DNA from: an uncultured Acidobacteriota bacterium
GTDB taxonomy: Bacteria; Acidobacteriota; Thermoanaerobaculia; Multivoradales; SZUA-115
Direction: 5' to 3'
NCBI GenBank assembly: GCA_963805975.1
Contig: CAWDVR010000005.1
Span: forward strand, 448,001-512,000
Length of the DNA stretch: 64,000 nucleotides
Made by a program: the position numbers and the translations under genes. Of the stretch, positions 1-7,564 are shown one piece after another (position 1 is the first letter of the stretch; each line of letters opens with the position of its first letter). The notes below the pieces were generated by a model. The model made no database searches. It was not told the origin of the DNA and was given only the letters and a program-made list of their open reading frames with translations.

Positions 1-2
1 CT

Positions 3-2189
3 GGTCACGAAGAGCGGATTCTCGACCTCTTCGCCGATCTGGAGCAGGAGCTTTGCACAAGAGGTCTCCTCGCGAACGAGGAGGGAACAAGCCAACTTCC
101 CTCGAGCCACTACGTGCTCGAGGTAGGCAAACGGGATCTGTGGTCTCCGCCGCTCTATCTCGACAAGGGCCTGACGCCTGAGCAGGCCGCCGTGCTTTTG
201 TCACTGGTCCAGCGCTGGTTGCGGCACTCGGGCGAGTCGGGCACCGAGAGCGAGATCGTGCTCAGCACCTCGGACTTCTTCACGCGCTTTGGCTGCCCGG
301 GGGATGCAGCAAGGCAGTTGTCGATGCAGCCGATCCCTGACACCCATGTGCCTGGATCGCCGCGCACGGGCCTGGCGCCCAAGAAGCTCGAGGAGCTGCT
401 AGGCGACCCCAGCACGGTTGAAAGGATCCGCGCCGCTCTTGCCCAGTTGCAGGTTCCCTACTCGAGGTCCGAGCAAATCCTCAATCTGATCAACACATTC
501 TTCTGGGCCTACGATCGCGAAGTGATCTGGGATGAGAGCACCGAGCTGACCCCGATCGTCTTCGCCTTGGCGAGCTTCCTCGAGCATCGCGCAAGCTGGT
601 GGAAGGCAACTTCCGAGCGCGGTCTGCCGCAGCCCTGGAGCCTTTTCGTCGCGGGAGAGCTATCCTCCCCGCAGGAACGTTTCGAACACGGGGTCCAACG
701 CGAGCTGCACTTCCTTCACGACCGGAACATCCCCGAGATTTTGCAGAGCTTCCGCGCGTACTTCCACAACCGCTACCTCTCCAGCTATCTCATGCAAGAG
801 ATGCCGGACACCAACCTCCGTTACCGTGGGTCACAGCAACAGCTCTTGAGCGTTGTCAATCTGATCGTCAATGCCTGCGCCGATATCGCGCTGGGTGCCC
901 GTGCATCACTGGCGGTGATCGGCGACGCGTCGTCGCCGGAGGTCTTGTCGGCATGTGACGTGCTGGTCGTGCGCCTTAACATCGGCTCCTTGGCGAGCCC
1001 CCTGATCCTGGAGTCGATCGGCCACGAGGTGGGTCACCTTTTCCTCGTCGAGCTGTTTCGCATCGCCGCCGATCGGGCCGGCCAGCATGCCTGGGCGAGA
1101 CTGACGGACACGGGCTCCGAGCGGGCCAAGGCGACGACCGAGCTGCTGGATCTGGCCCGCGATATCAACGAGGAGGTCTTCTTCGGCGACCTCCATCCCC
1201 AGGTGACTGAATCCATGGCCGAGCGCTTCATCGAGTCGACTGCCGACTTCCTGGAGCTGAAGCTGATCGGCTACTCTGGTTGGCAGGAGTGGGTGCGCAG
1301 TCACTGGCTGCGCACGGTGGTCGCGGGACTGCCCGTGAATCCCTCGGTCGATCCACGAAAGCCCGCGGTTGTGCCCTACCTCGACGAAGATCTGGTAATG
1401 AGCGTGCTCGTGCGGCAAGCCTCGGTGGTGGTGGCCGACTACCTGGCAGGAATCCCAGCGGCTGAGGATCTGGTTCCGCCCGGCCGCGATCCGGTACTCT
1501 GGCAGCGCTTGGAGGAGTTTCGCCTCTATCTGCGGGAAAATGCCACGTTTGGGCCCTCGGAACGGGTGGTACAACCCCTCAGGAGTGAAGCGGCGTGGAA
1601 AGAGGTTGTCGAAAGGGAGATCTTCCATCATTGTCGCTGGTTGGCCACCAGCGCGGCGATCGCAAAGTCGTGGCACTTCTTCCGAGCCCTCGCTACCCAT
1701 GTGTCGTGGGAGCCCAAAGAGGACGAGCCGCGGCGCTCCGGCCATCTCATCTCGACGGTGCGCCAAGCGTTCGCGGGTTTCCGAGAAGAGTTCCTCGATG
1801 ACCTGCTCCCGGCTCTCTACGTCCGCCATTGGATGAATGCGGAGCAGCGGCAGAAGGCCCGTGATCATGAGCCGGAGTTCAGTGCCAGACCTCCCGGGCA
1901 CGAAGACTACGACAAGGTGCCGTGGAGGGTCACGCCGCAGCCGCAGACTTACAAAGAGCAACTCAATGAGATCCGTAAAACCGGAGTCGGTGGATCGCTG
2001 TCTCCGTATAAGACACTGATCTTCCAGCGCGGAGCGATCCTGGCCTGCGAGGGCAAAACAACAGAGCGGTGGACGAAGGCGGCGGTTGGCTTTTACCTCA
2101 AGCTCATCCCGCTGATCCCGGCGTGGAGAAGCCTGCTGTTGGAGCAGGTCGTACGCATCGAGGGAGGCGAACGCCCAGCAGGGCGGTGA
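3..2189 (+). CDS. Large hypothetical protein with gluzincin-like HExxH...ExxAD motif (5' end outside window)
   Basis: The frame is open from position 3 (GHEERILDLFADLEQE...). It contains ESIGHEVGHLF and, downstream, FIESTADF. Codon usage looks less GC-skewed than in the flanking core genes. Confidence 0.7.
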   Translation, partial: GHEERILDLFADLEQELCTRGLLANEEGTSQLPSSHYVLEVGKRDLWSPPLYLDKGLTPEQAAVLLSLVQRWLRHSGESGTESEIVLSTSDFFTRFGCPGDAARQLSMQPIPDTHVPGSPRTGLAPKKLEELLGDPSTVERIRAALAQLQVPYSRSEQILNLINTFFWAYDREVIWDESTELTPIVFALASFLEHRASWWKATSERGLPQPWSLFVAGELSSPQERFEHGVQRELHFLHDRNIPEILQSFRAYFHNRYLSSYLMQEMPDTNLRYRGSQQQLLSVVNLIVNACADIALGARASLAVIGDASSPEVLSACDVLVVRLNIGSLASPLILESIGHEVGHLFLVELFRIAADRAGQHAWARLTDTGSERAKATTELLDLARDINEEVFFGDLHPQVTESMAERFIESTADFLELKLIGYSGWQEWVRSHWLRTVVAGLPVNPSVDPRKPAVVPYLDEDLVMSVLVRQASVVVADYLAGIPAAEDLVPPGRDPVLWQRLEEFRLYLRENATFGPSERVVQPLRSEAAWKEVVEREIFHHCRWLATSAAIAKSWHFFRALATHVSWEPKEDEPRRSGHLISTVRQAFAGFREEFLDDLLPALYVRHWMNAEQRQKARDHEPEFSARPPGHEDYDKVPWRVTPQPQTYKEQLNEIRKTGVGGSLSPYKTLIFQRGAILACEGKTTERWTKAAVGFYLKLIPLIPAWRSLLLEQVVRIEGGERPAGR

Positions 2190-2195
2190 TCCGGG

Positions 2196-2516
2196 ATGCG
2201 CCGGCAAGAAAAACTCTCGTCGCGTTACGCCGCGGCCATCGATCTGCTCTGCTCGGCGGTCGAAAAGGGACGATTCTGTTTAGTGCTCGGCTCCGGGGCG
2301 AGTCAGAAAGCCGGTGCACCCTCCTGGCAGGGATTGGTTTCGGCTCTCGCCGAGGAACAGAGGATCTTCGCCGGGACGCGCGGCACCCAAGCCGTACGCG
2401 ATGAGATCTTGGCCGCCGGCCAAGACCTGCCCTGGTTGATCGAGTCCTTGCTCCCCGAGCCGCGAGACGGGATGGATCTCGGACGCCTGATCTATCGTGG
2501 CGCCTGTGAGAGCTAG
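2196..2516 (+). pseudogene. Truncated SIR2-like (NAD-binding Rossmann) domain gene
   Basis: FCLVLGSGASQKAGAPSWQGLV matches the N-terminal GAGxS...GxPxWxxL motif of SIR2_2-type domains. The ORF stops at 106 aa, before the TxNYD and H(G) catalytic motifs. Confidence 0.65.
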
Positions 2517-2582
2517 GCGAGGGGGCCGGCGACGGGCTCTGAGCCGCGTGCTAGCATCCGCGGGCCCTGCTTGCGTGCCGTC

Positions 2583-2599
2583 CTGGCATGGGCCGTGCT
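2583..2599 (+). promoter_or_regulatory. Putative sigma54 (-24/-12) promoter upstream of lolA
   Basis: CTGGCATGGGCCGTGCT has GG-N10-GC spacing and fits the TGGCAC-N5-TTGC consensus well. Confidence 0.45.
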
Positions 2600-2630
2600 C
2601 TCTGCCTTGGCCATGAAGATTGCCCCTGCC

Positions 2631-3365
2631 ATGCGAAGCCTCTACCCGAAACCCATGCCGGTCCTCGTCGCGGCCCTGCTCCTCGGTCTTTCCACACCGG
2701 CAGCATTTGCCGCGGCCCCGCCCCCCGACCCTCGCGACCCCAGCCTCTCCTCTACCGCGCGCCTCGACGCCCTGGTCGAGCGCATCAAGCTCGAGCAGAG
2801 CAAGATGCGGACGCTCGAAGCTCGCTTCGTGCAAAAGCAGGCCAGCGAGTTCCTGGTCGCACCCGAGGAGTCGCGCGGCGTCTTCTCCTATGCCGCGCCG
2901 GACCGCGTGCGCTGGGAGTACGAGAGCCCGAAGCCGATCAGCATGCTGATCGACGGCAAGAAGATGACCACCTGGTACCGCGACCTGGCGCGGGCCGACG
3001 AGATGCGGATCGGCCGTTACTCCGAGCGGGTGCTCAAGTACCTGGGAGCTACCGGCTCCCTCGACACGCTGCTCGAGTACTTCGACGTGCGAGCCGCCTT
3101 CCCCGGCGACGCCAAGGCCCCGTATCGCCTCGAGATGACACCCCGTTTCGCCCGCGTCGCCAAGCGGCTCAAGTCGCTCACCCTGTGGATCGATCCGGTG
3201 CTCTACGTCCCCACCCACTTGAAGTACGTGGCGGGAGACGGCGCGGTGACCGAGTACCTGTTCGAGAACGTCCACGTCAACGGCGACCTGCCCGCGGACC
3301 GTTTCAACCTCGATCTGCCGCCGGGCGTCGAGGTGCGGGTGGTCGACCTCGACCGCGCGTCGTAG
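2631..3365 (+). CDS. lolA: Outer membrane lipoprotein carrier protein LolA family
   Basis: Signal peptide, then TLEARFVQ...SRGVFSYAAPDRVRWEY...IDGKKMTTWY, ending in FNLDLPPGVEV. Start taken at ATG 2631. Confidence 0.8.
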   Translation: MRSLYPKPMPVLVAALLLGLSTPAAFAAAPPPDPRDPSLSSTARLDALVERIKLEQSKMRTLEARFVQKQASEFLVAPEESRGVFSYAAPDRVRWEYESPKPISMLIDGKKMTTWYRDLARADEMRIGRYSERVLKYLGATGSLDTLLEYFDVRAAFPGDAKAPYRLEMTPRFARVAKRLKSLTLWIDPVLYVPTHLKYVAGDGAVTEYLFENVHVNGDLPADRFNLDLPPGVEVRVVDLDRAS

Positions 3366-3386
3366 CCGCCGCCCGGCCGCTGACTC

Positions 3387-4502
3387 GTGGCCCTTCGTTT
3401 CCAGATCCTCAAGCAGCACGGGCCGGCCCGCGCCGGCCGGCTCGAGACCCCGCACGGCCCGGTCGAGACCCCGGCATTCATGCCCGTGGGCACGCTCGGG
3501 GCCGTCAAGGGGATCTCGCCCGACACCTTGGAGCAGGCGGGCGCCTCGATCCTCCTCGCCAACCTATACCACCTGTCGCTGCGTCCCGGCATCGATCGGA
3601 TCGAGGGGCTGGGCGGGCTGCACGCCTTCGTGGGCTGGCAGCGGCCGATCCTGACCGACAGCGGCGGTTTCCAGGTGTGGAGCCTCACCGGCCTGCGCAA
3701 GGTGGACGACGGCGGCGTCACCTTCCGCAGCCACCTCGACGGGAGCGCGCTGCGCTTCACGCCCGAGAGCGTGGTCGACTCCCAGCGCCGCCTGGGTGTG
3801 GACGTCGCCATGGCGCTCGACGAGTGCCCGCCTTTTCCGGTGACGCCCGAGGAGGCCGCCGCCTCCTGGAGCCGCACGCTCGCCTGGGCGCGGCGGGCAC
3901 GCGAGGCCTGGCGAGGCGGCCCCGGAGGTCTCTTCGGCATCGTCCAGGGCAGCGTCTACCGCGACCTTCGCGAGCGCGCCGCCCGGGAGCTTGCCGAGCT
4001 CGACTTCGACGGCTACGCGATCGGCGGCGTCTCGGTGGGGGAGGATGCGGCCGACCGCTACCGCGCCGTCGAATGGACGGCACCGCTCCTGCCGGCGTCC
4101 CGGCCGCGTTACCTGATGGGGGTGGGCTACCCGGAGGACATCCTCCACGCCGTACGCCAGGGTGTCGACCTCTTCGATTGCGTGCTGCCGGCGAGGAACG
4201 CCCGCCACGGCGTGCTCTTCACCCGCGAGGGGCTCCTCAAGATCAAGAACGCCCGCTACGCCGCCGACCCCGCGCCCCCGGACCCGGCCTGCGGCTGCCC
4301 GGTCTGCCGGCGCGTCTCCCGCGCCTTCCTCCATCACCTGGTGCGCTGCGGCGAGCTCACCGGGGCGGTCCTCGCCACGGTCCACAACCTCCACCATTAC
4401 CTTGACTTCATGGCGGATCTCAGGCAGGCTATTTGGTCTGAAACGCTGAGCGAGCAGGCGGCTCCGTTCGCCGCGCGCGGCAGTGGCGAGCCCGGTCACT
4501 GA
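3387..4502 (+). CDS. tgt: tRNA-guanine transglycosylase (queuine tRNA-ribosyltransferase)
   Basis: ETPAFMPVGT, TDSGGFQV, GIVQG, YLMGVG, FDCVLP and a CxCxxC...H zinc site. Canonical tgt-yajC-secD synteny. Confidence 0.97.
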   Translation: MALRFQILKQHGPARAGRLETPHGPVETPAFMPVGTLGAVKGISPDTLEQAGASILLANLYHLSLRPGIDRIEGLGGLHAFVGWQRPILTDSGGFQVWSLTGLRKVDDGGVTFRSHLDGSALRFTPESVVDSQRRLGVDVAMALDECPPFPVTPEEAAASWSRTLAWARRAREAWRGGPGGLFGIVQGSVYRDLRERAARELAELDFDGYAIGGVSVGEDAADRYRAVEWTAPLLPASRPRYLMGVGYPEDILHAVRQGVDLFDCVLPARNARHGVLFTREGLLKIKNARYAADPAPPDPACGCPVCRRVSRAFLHHLVRCGELTGAVLATVHNLHHYLDFMADLRQAIWSETLSEQAAPFAARGSGEPGH

Positions 4503-4620
4503 AGATCCCCTGACGACAAGGATCTGCTCCTGCAAGGACCGTCGGCGAGACCGTGTCCTCGACCGCGAACGCTCGCCCGCGCCGCCCGGCTGACGATTTT
4601 CGTCGAACCTCGCAAGGAGC

Positions 4621-4974
4621 ATGCACGTGATAGACCCTTCCGCGATCTTTCGCGCCCTGGTCTCGGTGGTGGCACAAGCGCCGCCGTCGACGACCGAGTT
4701 CCTGGTCTCCCTCGCCCCGATCCTGGTCATTTTCGCCATCTTCTACTTCCTGCTGCTGCGGCCGGCGCGCAAGCGCCAGCAGGATCTGCAGCGCGTGGTC
4801 GAAGGCCTGAAGAAGGGCGACAGGGTGATCACCAACGGCGGCCTCTACGGCGAGGTGGCGAGCGTCGACGGCGCGGTGCTGCTGCTGAAGATCGCGGACA
4901 ACGTCAAGGTGCGAGTGGCCAAGGCCGCGGTCTCGGCCCTCGAGGCGAGCGCAGAGAAAGGCAGTGAATCATGA
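4621..4974 (+). CDS. yajC: Preprotein translocase subunit YajC
   Basis: FYFLLLRP...LKKGDRVITNGGLYG; lies between tgt and secD. Confidence 0.95.
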   Translation: MHVIDPSAIFRALVSVVAQAPPSTTEFLVSLAPILVIFAIFYFLLLRPARKRQQDLQRVVEGLKKGDRVITNGGLYGEVASVDGAVLLLKIADNVKVRVAKAAVSALEASAEKGSES

Positions 4975-7508
4975 ACAGAAGTCTCCTCTGGCGTGGGCTG
5001 CTGATCGCGGCCGTCACCGCCCTGGCGCTTCTCTACTCCGTCCCGCCGAAAGAAAAGATCAAGCGCGGCCTCGACCTCCAGGGCGGCATGCACCTCGTGC
5101 TGCAGGTGAAGTCGGACGATGCCGTGCGCGCCGAGACCGAGAAGGACATGGAGCTGCTGCGCCGTGAGGCGGCGGGCAAGAACCTGGCCGGGACCGCGGT
5201 GCGCCGGGTCGGCGACACGATCTTCGAGGCCACCGGTGTGCCGTCCGACCGCGACTCGGTGATCGATGAGATCTACCAGGACTTCTTCGCCACCGGACCG
5301 GGCAACAGCCCGCGCTGGGACAAGAGTCGGCAGGGCGACAAGCTGGTCTTCACCATGACCGACGCCAACCGCGCCGACATCCGCAACCAGGCGGTCGAGC
5401 AGGCGCTGCAGACGATCAACAACCGGGTCGACGCCTTCGGCGTTGCCGAGCACCAGATCGCCCGCCAGCCGGGCTCCGATCGCATCATCGTCCAGCTCCC
5501 GGGCGTCGAAGATCCCGACCGGGTCAAGGATCTGATCAAGAACACCGCGTTCCTGGAGTTCCGCCTGGTCGATGCGACGGGCGGCGGCAACCCGGCCCCG
5601 AGCCGCGAGGCGATGCTCTCCGTCTTCGGCGGCAACCTGCCCGAGAGTGTCGAGATCCTCCCCGAGGTGCGGTACGACAGCCAGGGCCGGGAGGCCGGTG
5701 AGGTGTTCTGGGCGCTCGAGAAGCGGCAAGTGATCACCGGCCGCGACCTGCGCACGGCGCGTGTGGGGGGCGACGAGTTCCAGCGCCCGGCGGTGCACTT
5801 CGAGCTCTCGGCCGACGGCGCCCGCATCTTCGGCAAGGTCACCAGCGAGAGCATCGGCCGCAAGCTCGCCGTGGTCCTCGACGGCAAGGTGCAGAGCGCG
5901 GCGACGATCCAGAGCCGCATCACCGACCGCGGCCAGATCACCGGCATCGCGAGCCAGGAAGAGGTGCAGGACCTGGTCCTCACCCTGCGCTCGGGCGCTC
6001 TGCCGGCCGGCATCGAGTACCTGGAGGAGCGCACCGTGGGTGCTTCGCTGGGCGCCGACTCCGTCCGCCGCGGCATCCAGGCGGGCCTGGTGGCGACGGC
6101 GCTCACCATCCTCGCGATGTTCATCGTCTATTCACTGACCGGCTTCAATGCCGTGGCGGCCCTGGCGCTCAACGTGGTTCTGCTCTTCGGCGCGCTCGGC
6201 CTCTTCGGTGCCACCGTCACCCTGCCGGGCATCGCCGGCATCGTGCTCACCATCGGCATGGCCTTCGACGCCAACGTGCTGGTCTTCGAGCGCATCCGCG
6301 AGGAGCTCAAGGCCGGCCGCTCCGTGCGCTCGGCGATCGACGCCGGCTTCGGCAAGGCCATGTCCTCGATCGTCGACTCGAACATCACCACCTTGATCGC
6401 CGCGCTCTTCCTCTTCCAGTTCGGCACCGGGCCGGTGCGCGGCTTCGCGGTGACGCTGTCGGTCGGTATCCTGGCCACCCTCTTCGCCGGCGTGTTCTTC
6501 AGCCGCTGGCTCTTCGACGCGCTGGCCGAGCGGCGCACGAAGAGCGACGGCAAGATGTCGATCTGGGGCCTGAGCTTCCCGCAGACGAGCTTCGACTTCA
6601 TGCGCTACCGCAAGGTGTGGGTCGGGATCTCCTTCGCGGTCATCGCCATCGGCATGGTCGCCGCCTTCGGCGCCGGCAAGCTCAACTTCGGCATCGACTT
6701 CACCGGCGGCACGCAGCTCACGATGCGCTTCCCGAGCCCGCCGCCGGTGGACGAGATCCGCGCCACCCTCAGCGCGGCCGGTTTCGAAAAAACCCAGATC
6801 CAGAGCATCGGCAGCGCGGCGGAGAACGAGATCCTGATCCGCACCCCCACCCGCCCCGGCAGCGAGGAGGGGAGCGCCAAGGAGCTGGTGACGGCCTTGA
6901 AGGCCAAGTACCCGGACTTCGAGGTGCGCTCGACCGAGAACGTGGGCCCGCAGGTGGGGGCCGAGCTGCGCAAGAAGGGGCTCCTGGCCGTCATCGCCTC
7001 GATGCTCGGCATGCTGGTCTACATCTGGTTCCGCTTCGAGTTGCGCTTCGGCATCGGCGCTCTGATGGCCGTGGTCCACGACGTGCTGGTGACCCTGGGC
7101 CTCTTCGCCATCTTCGGCTTCGAGTTCAACCTGACGACGGTCGCCGCCTTCCTGACCCTGGTCGGCTACTCGGTCAACGACACGGTGGTGGTCTTCGACC
7201 GCGTACGCGAGAACATGCGGCGCTCGCGCCGGGCGCCGCTGGTCGAGATCATGAACCTGAGCCTCAACCAGACGCTGTCCCGGACGCTGCTCACCGGTGG
7301 CACCACCTTGACCGCCTGCCTGGCCCTGATGATCCTGGGTGGGGAGGTGCTGAGCGGCTTCGCCTTCATCCTGTTCGTGGGCGTGATCGTCGGTACGTAC
7401 TCGTCGATCTACATCGCGAGCCCGTTCGCGCTGCTGTGGGAGAAGTACTTCGGCCGCGAGGCCCGCGCCATCCGCGTCGAGGAAGCGGCCGCGGCCAAGA
7501 GAGCGTAG
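4971..7508 (+). CDS. secDF: Fused protein translocase subunit SecDF
   Basis: GLDLQGG, IIVQLPG and GMAFDANVLVFERIREE (SecD), followed in frame by FGIDFTGG and GYSVNDTVVVFDRVRE (SecF). Confidence 0.96.
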   Translation: MNRSLLWRGLLIAAVTALALLYSVPPKEKIKRGLDLQGGMHLVLQVKSDDAVRAETEKDMELLRREAAGKNLAGTAVRRVGDTIFEATGVPSDRDSVIDEIYQDFFATGPGNSPRWDKSRQGDKLVFTMTDANRADIRNQAVEQALQTINNRVDAFGVAEHQIARQPGSDRIIVQLPGVEDPDRVKDLIKNTAFLEFRLVDATGGGNPAPSREAMLSVFGGNLPESVEILPEVRYDSQGREAGEVFWALEKRQVITGRDLRTARVGGDEFQRPAVHFELSADGARIFGKVTSESIGRKLAVVLDGKVQSAATIQSRITDRGQITGIASQEEVQDLVLTLRSGALPAGIEYLEERTVGASLGADSVRRGIQAGLVATALTILAMFIVYSLTGFNAVAALALNVVLLFGALGLFGATVTLPGIAGIVLTIGMAFDANVLVFERIREELKAGRSVRSAIDAGFGKAMSSIVDSNITTLIAALFLFQFGTGPVRGFAVTLSVGILATLFAGVFFSRWLFDALAERRTKSDGKMSIWGLSFPQTSFDFMRYRKVWVGISFAVIAIGMVAAFGAGKLNFGIDFTGGTQLTMRFPSPPPVDEIRATLSAAGFEKTQIQSIGSAAENEILIRTPTRPGSEEGSAKELVTALKAKYPDFEVRSTENVGPQVGAELRKKGLLAVIASMLGMLVYIWFRFELRFGIGALMAVVHDVLVTLGLFAIFGFEFNLTTVAAFLTLVGYSVNDTVVVFDRVRENMRRSRRAPLVEIMNLSLNQTLSRTLLTGGTTLTACLALMILGGEVLSGFAFILFVGVIVGTYSSIYIASPFALLWEKYFGREARAIRVEEAAAAKRA

Positions 7509-7564
7509 CCTGCCAGTGGGGCGCGGGCGGCCCGTGCCGCGCCCCACTCTCTATAATCCTTGCC

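Noticed and set aside
4971-7508. SecD-SecF fusion as a novelty
   Set aside because: Fused SecDF is well known, for example in Bacillus and Thermus.
6617-7564. 316-aa N-terminal extension of Rel in the ORF track
   Set aside because: It is an Arg-rich alternate frame overlapping secDF. A -10 box and GTG at 7565 give a normal-length Rel.
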